DNA of 64,000 nucleotides. It comes from Paramoeba atlantica (Eukaryota > Protista > Discosea). Of the stretch, positions 48,901 to 60,376 are shown in pieces. Each line of letters begins with the position of its first letter. The stretch's first letter is position 1. The position numbers and the translations under genes are program-made. Below the pieces are notes generated by a model. It made no database searches. It was not told the origin of the DNA and saw only the letters and a program-made list of their open reading frames with translations. Where the stretch lies: NCBI GenBank assembly GCA_977017575.1, contig CDRNVI010000071.1, positions 1 to 64,000 of the forward strand, in the 5' to 3' direction.

Positions 48901-50088
48901 TTCTCCGAATCTCGTTGGGCGTGTGTGCCACGCGACGCCCAGTGTGACCGAGGGCGGTGACGGGAGCTCCTTCGTTTTGCCTTTTCCGGGTTACTCACCT
49001 GCACCGCGCAGAGCACGACACCTGTATTCGGTAAGGAGGGAAAGGGGAGAGTCGTGTGCGGCCTCTCCACGTACGGAACACGAAATGTACCGGCCAAAGG
49101 TTCCTCGAGTTACCGAGGATCCCCCCTGAGTATGCCAGCCTACGCTTTTAAGATAAGACGGCCCCTCACACACGACCTCGCCCTCCCAAACAAACAGAGT
49201 CTCGCAACAGTTGTAGTGTCTCCACGCGACGCGAAGATGAGCCCCAACGCGGACAAACTTACAGAGCGCTCGCACCGCCCTCTGGCGGAGTTTAGCTGGC
49301 CCCTCTCGCTCGGGTGAACGAAAGATGACCCCCCGACTACGCTTGGTGCGTGTAAGGGTTTCAAAAGCCTCTGTCCCCTTACACGTGCCGGAAGCATCCG
49401 CCATGTTTTTATAATTAGATTACAAAAAACGATGGTCTTACAAAAAACGATGGTCTTACAAAAAACGATGGTCTTACAAAAGACGATGGTCTTACAAAAA
49501 ACGATGGTCTTACAAAAGAAGAAGAAGAAGACACGGAGGGCTCTGCAGCGCCAACCGTTAGAGTCTCAGGTCACCGACCTTCATCGTCTTGCTTCCCCCT
49601 TCCCAGACGGCACTCGACGCCTTGCGGCCCGAGCACGGCTACCCAACCGTAGCTACCAGTACGGGCGTCCACCCCGTTGCATCGTGTAGGCTGTGTCTCA
49701 AGCCTTCTTTGCGTAAGCGGCTCGCAATTTAGCGGCTGCGCTGGAGCCTGGTTCAGCTCGGCAGTTCTGGGTCGGGTACTCCAGGGGAGCGGGGTTGGGT
49801 GTGGGCCTTGAAGGCACTCCTGATCGCTTTCCCTTGTAGTGAGGCCGCCAGGTTGCGAGTTTTGTCGATAGCGGGAATCGAACCAACAACCTGCAGGTTG
49901 TAAGGCCCACCGTCTACCAACCACGCCCGCAGTTTCCTGACCACAGAATCCCGGGCATACTATGTTTAACGGCGCCATCGGCAGACTTACCCCCAGTCGC
50001 ATCATCATCGTGTAGCGAAAAAGATATGGATTGACGTAGTTATTTGTGCTTTCTAAGTGTACATTTGCCTCTTTGCTTCGATTAATAA

Positions 50089-50785
50089 TTTTCTTTTTTA
50101 GGCTCTTCGTTAAACGCGGTGGTTGTTTTCAACTTAGAAGTCACTCATGCTGCGCGCTTCGCGTTGAAAACTACCGCCGCGTTTAACGAAGAGCCTAAAA
50201 AAGAAAATTTAGCTTGGAAAACGGAAAGATCTGCGGAAAGATTCTGCGTTTTTTTTTCGAAAACTAATTTGCTCGACCGTGACCCCCCCCCCTGGACCCC
50301 TGAGTCGTCGCCGCGGCAAAAAGACAGAAGGCTCCGCCTTCTTCCTTTTTGCCTTGCGCCCCCTCCTTCCTCTACGGCCTTGCGTGTCACACACTTCCAG
50401 GTAAATTTTGGCCTTTGTAGGTGTATTACCTGCACAGGGTGGAGAAGCATCGAATGAAATCAAAGCGTACATGGCTATATCAGGCCCCAAACTCTCAAAA
50501 AAAGGTCTAGGAGTTGATTTCGGAAAAATGTATTTTTTTGACTTTCACCCATAAATTTTCAGTTTTTCAAAATTTCAAAAATTGCTATGATCACCCTGGT
50601 AGGGAGGGGGGGGGGCATGGGGTACCCATCGGAATTGTTGAAAAACTAGTAATCTTGTAACTGAATTCGATTCACACGTCTTTGTAAACATTCTTTTCGA
50701 AAACGCACCTGAAACGAAATCGGGCCACAAATCGGGCACGAAATCGGGCCACAAATCGTTAGCGAGGGAATATTATCTCCCTCAA
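50089..50785 (-). mobile_element. Chimeric element: family P 5' end plus family M 3' end
   Basis: The minus strand reads TTGAGGGAGATAATATTCCCTC and the P body, switches at ~50300 to a deleted M body, and ends in the M palindrome. Confidence 0.75.
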
Positions 50786-50882
50786 CTAGCTAAAGGTAAA
50801 ATGCGTAGCTACAGGTACAATAAAAATTCCGAAAAATAACGAAAATAGTGCAAAAAAGAATATGGCGCCGCTTCGCGGCGCT

Positions 50883-52182
50883 CTATGCAAAAAGGCATGA
50901 TTCGTGTTTGTGGCTGATGCTCGAAATGTGATCTCGAGTTTTCAAGATAGGACGTTGTCCTTGCATACCCGCAAAAAAGGAGCACGCTTCACATATGGTA
51001 TGGTCCCCGCGCCCATGTTCGAAAACATGTTTGCGCATGCAGTCGTACATAACCGTGTACGACGAAGGGTATAAATCCCGTGATTCTGCACATTTCGTGC
51101 ACCGAAAGCCTGCAGACATGGTACCTTGCACCTCAAGGTCCATCCACATGTCGTACAGCTCCTTCTCGGTCTTGTGATTCGCACTCGAGAGATGCTCTCG
51201 AGTACGTCTTTTTTTTTTTAGTTGCATAGAGAAATCTTTGCCATAGTCGCTCTGACCGCCACCCGGTGTCCGACCAGCAGGCTTTTCTTGGTCGGATGAA
51301 CCAGCCACCTTCCAGTGGCAAGATACGTGACTCGCATCACGTACCTCAGGGGAGACACCGCATTACAGGGTAGTGCTGGACTTGCTAGGTGTGGCTCTGT
51401 CAATTACGAGAAGTCCTATTCCTACCGCTCGCCCGCTAAAACTCTACGGCCCCGGAATGTTAGTCCGGGAAGGTCCTGGCTGGAGAAATGAAGGCTTTTA
51501 CACCTCCACTCCTCCGGAGATGGGGTGGGATAAAACCATAGCTAGCACCAATGCCGTTCCATCTCCACCAGGGGGGCAAGGTTAACGCGCCCTCTAGCGT
51601 CATGTATGCCTCGGCGACGGATCTTGCCACGCCGTCTTTGCCCCGGAACGCGGTTAACGACGCCGCGAACAAGGGGGAACAGGAATAAGAGTGGAAAGCT
51701 CCCTCCTGCTAGCTCGGGGTCCTTACTTCGGAAGGCTGGGGTCGCCACGCCCCATCACCGACAACGGTCCAATTCCGGGTTCCTGACCTTATCTTCCCCT
51801 CTTGAGATGTTCAGGGTTTTGCTCGACCTGTGTTGTGGCACATTTCGTGCACCGAAAGCCATTGACAATGTCACCTTCAATTTGAAGGTTTTTCCACGCG
51901 TCAAAAATCTCTTTTTCACGCTTGTGGTCCACGCACTAGCCGTGATACTGTACGCTCAATCCGGGAAGTTTTCCCATGAGCTCTTGAAAAAAGGGACAAG
52001 GTTCACAAATGGCGTGTAGTCCTTTCGAGTGTTCCATTATGTGCCGCTTCATCAGGGGAACTGTCAGTTCCACCCGAATATTCGCTTTTGCACACTCGTT
52101 GCAGGTGTATAATTCACCTTCTTCAGCAGCACAATGTTGCCATTGCTCGTAAATCTGAGCTTCGCGTTTGTGCTTCTTGCTA
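50883..52182 (-). pseudogene. Disrupted ORF with ~78-aa zinc-finger-like repeats, interrupted by a ~560-bp unrelated segment
   Basis: Units such as CNEC..MKRHIMEH..LHAICEPC and CTKC..MRKHVFEH..DHTICEAC, linked by HKxExxxxxxW. There is an internal stop. Partial duplicates occur at 52410-52590. Confidence 0.55.
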
Positions 52183-52382
52183 GGCGGAGGTGGCGGAGTG
52201 GCAAGAATTCAAAGTTTGAAGCACGTGGTGCTCAGACGGCGAGTTAAAACCCGCTCATCGCATTATTCCTGGCGGCCTCACTCTAAGAGGCTGGGCTGAG
52301 AACCGACTAGGCCCTGTACTTGGAGGGCCGTCCCGGACCCCCCTCATGGAACCAGCTCCCTTACCCGGTTCACACCTCTTGG
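52183..52382 (+). mobile_element. SINE-A, 5' half
   Basis: Head and core match SINE-A. The 3' part is replaced after CACCTCTTGG. Confidence 0.8.
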
Positions 52383-52740
52383 CGTCAACACCATTGCAAT
52401 GGGGATGATCGCCGCGCCCATGTTCGAAATTTGAAGGTTTTTCCACGCGTCAAAAATCTCTTTTTCACGCTTGTGGTTCACGCACTGGTCGTGATACTGT
52501 ACTTTTTCACCACGCTTGTGGTTCACGCACTGGTCGTGATACTGTACGCTCAATACGGGAAGTTTTCCCATGAGCTCTTGAAAAAAGGAACAAGGTAGTT
52601 TTACAAAACAAGGTAGTTCTACAACCACCGCAATAATCGAGGGTAGAGCGGTAGTTTTACAACCACCGCAATACGTATTAACATGATTGTACATGGCTGC
52701 ACCTTGTTGATCTGTATTTCGATTCTTTTAAGAAAAAGTA

Positions 52741-53247
52741 ATGGTACACACCCGCTCACAAACGCAGGCTCAATTAGAACGAAGTGGGGAATCGTCTGAA
52801 AGCGACAATGAACCTATATACAGCACTCCTTTTGGTGGAAACCGTCCACAGGACGAATCTCACATCACAAAAAGCCAAGCTCAACCAAATAGTATCATCG
52901 CGGATCAGGTAAGCTCTGTCGTGGATAAGTTAACGCACGCACTCGCAAAGCTCACCACTCAAGTGGATGCACTGGAACGGCGTGATAAACAGCGTGAAAG
53001 AGGTAATGCCATGCGTGCGTCACCACCGGAGCTATCCATTGAAGCTATTCCACCGAAGAATTCGCCGAAGAAAAGGTGTAGCGTGACTGAAGACCAAAAT
53101 AAAAAATATGCTTCTCAAAATGCCATGCTTCCGGAAGAAGTAGATCGCATTGTCGAAGAAATTAGCTCTGCCATGCAGAAAAATGAAATCGAAATTGAAG
53201 CGACATGGTTTCCCGTCGGTGGCAAACAGAACCTAGCGACGACATGA
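52741..53247 (+). CDS. Hypothetical protein, possibly TE-derived (gag-like N-terminus plus coiled coil)
   Basis: ATG-initiated 168-aa ORF starting MVHTRSQ with a predicted coiled-coil stretch. No catalytic motif was seen. Confidence 0.3.
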   Translation: MVHTRSQTQAQLERSGESSESDNEPIYSTPFGGNRPQDESHITKSQAQPNSIIADQVSSVVDKLTHALAKLTTQVDALERRDKQRERGNAMRASPPELSIEAIPPKNSPKKRCSVTEDQNKKYASQNAMLPEEVDRIVEEISSAMQKNEIEIEATWFPVGGKQNLATT

Positions 53248-53910
53248 CGAGGCATCGCGGAGGACACAGGTGATCAAGAAAACCCTATCATTGTAAGCTA
53301 TCCGTGGGGTAAGTATCCGTTGCCAAACAACGTTCTTGTGCCGGTGACAATTACCGTCAAGGTACTTATTAACAATAATAATTAACGTAATTTTTTTTTG
53401 GGAGGAAATTATTCCGTTAATTATTATTCCAATGATTTTTACGAAATTCGTAACAAAATTTAAGCGTCAAGAGACAACATTAATGAGAAGGTTTTCAAAA
53501 AATCTTCAAAACATATTAAAAAATCCGATTACTTATGTTTACATGAGGGAAAAACAATGCCAACCTTAAGAATGAGCGGAAAAAACCTAAGTAAACATGA
53601 TATGAAAACATACTAAACGTTCTTAATGATATCAAAACCTTAGTCAATATCAGTAACGTGATTCGGTTGGATAAAACGGTGAAACTGAAGCAAAATTCGG
53701 CCTTTTTCAGCTTTTGTCTATCAAATTCTCTGATTGTAGAAAATACTTCTCCAGAGATCGTATTCATATTTTCTTGAGTTTTTCGCTATTCTGTTCGCCA
53801 TTTTCAGTTACTTGGTCTATCTTTCCATGCCTTGAACGGGGTGTGTTGGGTTTTCTTGTCGGCGAAAGCTGACAATAAATAAGATTGCAACTTGGACTGA
53901 AAAGCAGTGC

Positions 53911-54783
53911 GTGGAGTGGCTACAAGATCATAAGTTGGTGGCACAAAAGGTCATATGTTGCAAGCGAAATCACACGAGTGACCACACTATGGAAATAAAT
54001 GGTGAAAAATGGAAGTGCACGAAGTCTTGCAAAGGGATATACGAGAAGACGGGTCCACTGTTGCCGGGCAGGGCGCAGCGAAGCGCTAAACAAACACTGT
54101 ACATTGTAATTTACGTTCGGGGGAATAGACATGAGGTGTCTGTCGCAGAGACGGAGCTCAGTGAGAAAACAATTATATCACTACGTCAGTGGATTGATTC
54201 CATCATGGCAACTTGTCATGTGCGTCGACGCGCCCGACAAAGAGGGAGCGTCCACTCGATGCAGTGTGATGAAACTTTTTTCTCGGTTCGGAAACGTCAC
54301 CGAGGTAGTCACGGTTCGAGGCGCGTGCGCGCAGAGGGTAAGCAAGTAGCCCAAACGGTTGCGGTGACGACTCGAAACAAGTTATCCGAAATTTTAACGC
54401 AAGTCGTACCAGATCGCACTGCTGGTTCTCTTTTCCCCGGAATTACAGAACTAGCCGCAGGAGAACGTACCAGAATTTGGACAGACGGCGCTCGTCACAA
54501 TATTCGTCTCGGGCAGAACTACAAGTGGGAAAGCGTCAACCACCGTCGACAGTGGGTCACAGAGGAAGGTGTGCACACAAACACTGTGGAGTGTGCGAAC
54601 TCAATCGTCAAGAAGCGTTCAAAGCGTGAAGGTGGTGTGTTGGGCCGGAAAGCTGCCCGGAGAGATGATCGGGTGCAGGCCTACGCAGAGCAGGGAAGCG
54701 GAAGTTTGAAGTGTAATGGGGGGGATGCTTTGTTGCGCGTGCTTGAAAATTTAAAAGAGCATTGCGCTTGCGTATACGTATAG
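53911..54783 (+). mobile_element. Merlin/ISXO2-like transposase, apparently open
   Basis: N-terminal Cys motifs, MQCDETFF, IWTDG and ESVNHRRQWVTEEGVHTNTVEC. The ORF-track start is GTG, so the true start is uncertain. Confidence 0.85.
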
Positions 54784-55049
54784 TGTCCGCTCTTTAATTC
54801 TAAAGTTGTGAGTTTAAGTTTTTCAACATTTTTTGAGCAATTTTTGAACAGATTTATGAAAAAAACGAAAAAATCGAATTTTGCTTCGATAGCCGATAAA
54901 ACCTTTCAATACATCTATCTTGTAACTTATGCGGATACATCGTAATCGATTCGTCCCTTCGCGGTGACGTCGTATTTTTTCTTCCGGAGAGAAATATTTG
55001 GAAATTTGTTGATGAACAGACCGACAACCGACTAAAATATTTGGGAAGA

Positions 55050-57740
55050 TTGCGGTGGTTGTAAAATTACCGCTCTACCCTCGATTGCGGTGGTTGTAAA
55101 ACTACCGCTATACACTCGATTATTGAAAAAAAAGTGAACAAAAACAGTGAAAATATAAAGAGGAACACAGTAATATAATAGAAGAAAAAAATATAAAAGT
55201 GGGCTCCGGTGGTCCAAACCTGAAAAAAAAAGTTGAAAAAAATGGGGGGTCCATGGGGGGGTCCAGGGGGGAACTTAGAAGTCACTCATGCTCAGCGCTT
55301 CGCGTTGAAAACTACCGCCGCGTTTAACGAAGAGCCTAAAAAAGAAAATTTAGCCTGGAAAACGGAAAGATCATAGCCAAAAATTGCCGAATTTAGGGTA
55401 AAAATGGGGTGATTTTCGCGTATTTTTGCTCTCAGAGCACTAAATCCGACATTTGCGCGTGGGAAATCACTCGTAGGCATGAATGGAAGCCTACCGAACG
55501 TATTGGGTAGAGAATGCGACTCCAACCATATCATTCTTTCGACCCAAAAATGCCCCTTTAGGTCCGAAAAATACTTTTTCACCATTTTTAGTCAAAAGTG
55601 GGTCATTTTGAGGGGCGCACCACAGTTTGAAGAAGGGATACCTTGCGAAAACAACTGCGGAGAAAGCTAGTGTAGGTCCCAAACTATCAAAATACAATAG
55701 GGGAAACGATTTTAGAAAAATATTTTTTTTGCCATTTTTTTCGCCAAGTAGAAATTTTTTTCAATTTTTTTTTTCCGAAAAAATCCCAACTTGGCGGACC
55801 CGTCCTGCGGATACGCGGGGGGGTCACCCCCGGGTAGGGGGGTGGAATATGCGCGCCAAGACCCCGGCTACCCTTTCTGCGGGTTTTTTTCGAAAAAATT
55901 TGCTCGAACCCCCCTGGACCCCCCCCTGGACCCCCCATTTTTTTCAATTTTTTTTTCAGTTTTGGACCACCGGAGCCCCCTTTTATATTTTTTTCTTCTA
56001 TTATATTACTGTGTTCCTCTTTATATTTTCACTGTTTTTGTTCACTTTTTTTTCAATAATCAAGTGCAGAGCGGTAGTTTTACAACCACCGCAATTTTTT
56101 TCTTCTATTATATTACTGTGTTCCCCTTTATATTTTCACTGTTTTTGTTCACTTTTTTTTTCAATAATCGAGTGTAGAGCGGTAGTTTTACAACCACCGC
56201 AATTGTTTATAATTCCCCCTCCCGGGGGGTGACCCCCCCCGCGTACCCGCAGGACGGGTCCGCCAAGTTGGGATTTTTTCGGAAAAAAAAAATTGAAAAA
56301 AATTTCAACTTGGCGAAAAAAATGGCAAAAAAAATATTTTTCCAAAATCGTTTCCCCTATTTTGATAGTTTGGGACCTACACTAGCTTTCTCCGAAGTTG
56401 TTTTCGCAAGGTATCCCTTCTTCGAACCTTGGTGCGCCCCTCAAAATGACCCATTTTTGACTAAAAATGGTGAAAAAGTATTTTTCGGACCTAAAGGGGC
56501 ATTTTTGCGTCGAAAGAATGATATGGTTGGAGTCGCATTCTCTACCCAATACGTTCGGTAGGCTTCCATTCATGCCTACGAGTGATTTCCCACGCGCAAA
56601 TGTCGGATTTAGTGCTCTGAGAGCAAAAATACGCGAAAATTACCCCATTTTTACCCGAAATTCGGCAATTTTTTGGCTATAATCTTTCCGTTTTCCAGGC
56701 TAAATTTTCTTTTTTAGGCTCTTCGTTAAACGCGGCGGTAGTTTTCAACGCGAAGCGCGCAGCATGAGTGACTTCTAAGTTGAAAACAACCACCGCGTTT
56801 AACGAAGAGCCTAAAAAAGAATTGCGGTGGTTGTAAAACTACCGCTCTACACTCGATTATTGAAAAAAAAGTGAACAAAAACAGTGAAAATATAAAGAGG
56901 AACACAGTAATATAATAGAAGAAAAAAATATAAAAGGGGGCTCCGGTGGTCCAAAACTGAAAATTTTTTTTGAAAAAAATGGGGGGTCCATGGGGGGGGT
57001 CCAGGGGGGGGGGTCCAGGGGGGGGGTCCAGGGGGGGGGGGCATGGTCGATCAAATTTTTTCGAAAAAATTAGTTTTCGAAAAAAAACCGCAGAAAGGGT
57101 AGCCGGGGTCTTGGCGCGCATTTTCCACCCCCCTACCCGGGGGTGACCCCCCCGCGTATCCGCAGGACGGGTCCGCCAAGTTCGGATTTTTTCGGAAAAA
57201 AAAATTTGAAAAAAATTTCAACTTGGCGAAACAAATGACAAAAAAAATATTTTTCCAAAATCGTTTCCCCTATTGTATTTTGATAGTTTGGGACCTACAC
57301 TAGCTTTCTACGCAGTTGTTTTCGCAAGGTATCACTTCTTCGAACTGTGGTGCGCCCCCCAAAATGACCCATTTTTGACTAAAAAAGGTGAAAAAGTATT
57401 TTTCGGACCTAAAGGGGCATTTTTGTGTCGAAAGAATGGTATGGTTGGAGTCGCATTCTCTACCCAATACGTTCGGTAGGCTTTCATTCATGCCTGCGAG
57501 TGATTTCCCACGCGCAAATGTCGGATTTAGTGCTCTGAGAGCAAAAATATGCGAAAATGACCCCATTTTTACCCGAAATTCGGCTATTTTTGGCTATAAT
57601 CTTTCCGTTTTCCAGGCTAAATTTTCTTTTTTAGGCTCTTCGTTAAACGCGGCGGGAGTTTTCAACGCGAAGCGCGCAGCATGAGTGACTTCTAAGTTGA
57701 AAACAACCACCGCGTTTAACGAAGAGCCTAAAAAAGAAAA
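55050..57740. mobile_element. Cluster of family M copies in inverted and head-to-tail arrangement
   Basis: 55050-55271 (+, 5' part), 55272-56202 (-), 56215-56821 (+, 3' part) and 56822-57740 (+, full length). Confidence 0.85.
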
Positions 57741-58111
57741 TTTTATTAATGAGATTCGAAAAATGAATTTTTCTTATTATGGACTTCAAATTCTTGACTT
57801 TCGAGACAATTCATTCAACTTGGAAGAAGTTTTTAGTGCAAAGCATGTGGTACAGGTGTCTTTCTAGATAAAAAATAAAGAATTTGAGGTTAATGATTTT
57901 TGGAGGCTTGTAATTATTAATGAGAGGGGGAGTATTAAGCTGAGAATTTTGATATTAAAGAGACTTTGATAAACCGGGGTGCATATTTTTATCAAAGTGT
58001 GATAGGCTTATCACACGTTGATAGCGTTATCACACTGCGCTTTATTGGGGTGACCCCCGGTTTATCTGATTCACTTTTTAATCACCTTATCTTTTCAGCC
58101 TTCCTCCCTAT

Positions 58112-58456
58112 ATGCCTACTCTTCCGGAGAACGTCCCCACCGAAGAATGCGATATATCGCGGAAGATTAGTGATGTTAAGCGGAAGCGGGATGACTCGCA
58201 CGAATCAGAGATGAACTTGAGTTCAGCTCTGGGCGAGCGTGACGAGCGCTCGATCACTGTGGAGCAAATTCCGTCGGAAATAACAAAGAAAAACTTAAGT
58301 GAGTATTATGCATTCTTTGGTGACGTAAAGTTCGTCACAATAATTAAAAAGTTCAAACGTGCGTATGTTTGGTTTGCTACGACAGAACAAGCAAAACATG
58401 CATGCAGCACGCATCGCAAGAGAAAGGGAACCCGAAAGGATCAGCCAACAAAGTAA
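58112..58456 (+). CDS. RRM-like small ORF (possibly degenerate)
   Basis: SITVEQIPSEITKKNLSEYYAFFGDVKFVTII...AYVWF..EQAKHA follows the RNP2/RNP1 pattern. Confidence 0.6.
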   Translation: MPTLPENVPTEECDISRKISDVKRKRDDSHESEMNLSSALGERDERSITVEQIPSEITKKNLSEYYAFFGDVKFVTIIKKFKRAYVWFATTEQAKHACSTHRKRKGTRKDQPTK

Positions 58457-58747
58457 GCGAGGAACAAGAAGTTTTGAAAGGCAAAGATTTACTGACAAGG
58501 AAAAGTGATTACATGACAAAGAAAGTTTTTTTGCTTGTCGAAGTTAATTTCTAAAACGTAGTTTTCCGGTTTTTTTTCAGTGCACGTTTTCATGCTTTGT
58601 TTCTCCACTTTTTACCCTCTAAAAACCCATACTATTCTGTGGAGGGAGATACTACTCTCTAGCTATCCTATATTAATAAATTTGGCCCGAAAATTGGTCC
58701 GATTTTTATAAGAATATTTAAATATTTTAGATATTTCAAAATTGTAG

Positions 58748-59107
58748 ATGGCGTCCTCGGAGATCGTTTCAAATTCCAAGGCGAGCATCACCGAGCAGGA
58801 ACGAGATTCGAAACAAAAAAAGGATGCTTACCTTGAATCGCGCAAGGTATTGCGCTCAGCCCTTGAGGAATGCGACGAACGTTCCATCACGGTACAAAAC
58901 CTTCCCCCCGACATGAAAGAAGAAAGTCTTCGGAGCCAATACGCTTCGTATGATCCGATTGACTCCATCACGGTTGTTCAGCAAAAGGGGAATATGTACG
59001 CGCACGTTTGCTTCAGCACCGCTGATGTAGCAATGTCGGTGTCTGCAGAATGTAGGAACACTATACCTATGGATAATGCCATTGCGCAAAATATGACCCA
59101 GTTGTAA
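58748..59107 (+). CDS. RRM-like small ORF, paralog of 58112
   Basis: SAL.E.DERSITV.. is shared with the first ORF, followed by NLPPDMKEESLRSQYASY...AHVCFST. Confidence 0.6.
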   Translation: MASSEIVSNSKASITEQERDSKQKKDAYLESRKVLRSALEECDERSITVQNLPPDMKEESLRSQYASYDPIDSITVVQQKGNMYAHVCFSTADVAMSVSAECRNTIPMDNAIAQNMTQL

Positions 59108-59478
59108 AAGATTGCGACGGGTATAGGGAAGGGGTGTTTGCGAATTGTAAAAAAAATTATAAAAAATTAGATACTCCTCCTCTTATTAATTTCTATAAAT
59201 ATAAATTATAACGAAAAAGAAAATTTATATTAAATTTATAGAAATTAATGAGAATGATTAGGCAAAAAGTCCTGATTAATGATCCTGCCTGATGGAAAAA
59301 CGCTATTTTTCTGCGATAAGCTATCGCAGAACGTGAGATCCAAGGCCCTTGTCGGAAGTGAGGGTCAATTTTTTCTGCGGTGTCCTCCCCTCTATCCTAG
59401 CTTTTCCTGTTTTTTTCTTCAAAAACATAGTTTTTTGAAAATCTATATTTTTTTTCTGAAAAATTAGGAATGGCGTTA

Positions 59479-60376
59479 TAAAGCCCTCCGCATCAAAAAG
59501 ACACCCGCCCTTATTTTTTGCGCGAGGGGGGCTAGGGTTATCGCACCACTTTGTCGTGCAAAATTTTGAGATCTGTTCGTTCCCGTTGTCTTTAGGTCAT
59601 TTCGAAAAATAAAAAAAAGTTGAATTTTAATTTTTAAAAAAATCACTTTTCATGCCAAGAAATACGTATCGACTTCCCAGGGGTGGTCTTACAGAAAGTG
59701 GAAAAGTGTTATTGCGCATGAGGCTTGGCCAAGGGGTTGCGATAAGGCAAGTAGCCCGCGAGTTTAATGTCAATGTGAAACATATTCGAAAATATTTGAA
59801 AAACAATTCGCCTGAATAAAAAGACACCTTGTTGTTCTCCCACCCATCTCAATTACATGTGTTTCGTACATTAAAACATTAAAAAAAGTACCATTCCCCT
59901 CAAACTGTATTTTTCAACAAGATGGGGCAACACCTTAGGCTGCCAAGGAAACAAAAGCGTACCTTGAGGACGGCAACATGAAATTATTGAAAAATTGTCC
60001 GCTCAACTCCCACGATCTCTCACCAATAAAAAACGTGTGGAGCATGGTACAAAATCTTGTAGATGAATACAATCCTGCAACTAAAGAAGATCTCATAAAA
60101 AGCGTACGCAAAGCTTGGCGTAAATTGCCTCAAGAATATATTGATGATTCGGTTTAGAGCTTCGATGCTTGCCTCAAAGCTTGTGTGGCGAGTAACGGAG
60201 AAAAAGTGAGAAAATGGTAATCTCTACCTAAAATATACGTATTCGTTTCTTTTTGTCTCATTTCTTCACGCGCAAAGTCTTTGTGTTGAGATCTGCAAAA
60301 TGCAACAAAAATCAGCCCAAACGGACAATTGGCTGAAAAGTTAAGGGTGGGTGCCTTATTGGTGCGGAGGGGTTTA
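59479..60376 (+). mobile_element. Tc1/mariner-like element, internally deleted, with TIRs and TA TSD
   Basis: ~33-bp imperfect TIRs (TAAAGCCCTCCGCATCAAAAAGACACCCGCCC / GGGTGGGTGCCTTATTGGTGCGGAGGGGTTTA) flanked by TA. Translation gives an HTH fragment and FQQDGATP*...NSHDLSPIKNVW with stops. Confidence 0.85.

Larger units (their letters stand above)
25755..50207. repeat. Large tandem array B-A-B-A-A-A-A-A (B=1907 bp, A=3420 bp)
   Basis: ORF-track offsets are 28300, 33627 (+5327), 37047, 40467, 43887 and 47307 (+3420 each). M palindromes start at 25755, 27662, 31082, 32989, 36409, 39829, 43249, 46669 and 50089. Confidence 0.97.

Noticed and set aside
52638-55083. 35-bp inverted repeats flanking the Merlin transposase as its TIRs
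   Set aside because: They are the 5' termini of two divergently oriented M elements. The same motif starts M copies elsewhere, and no 8-9-bp TSD is present.
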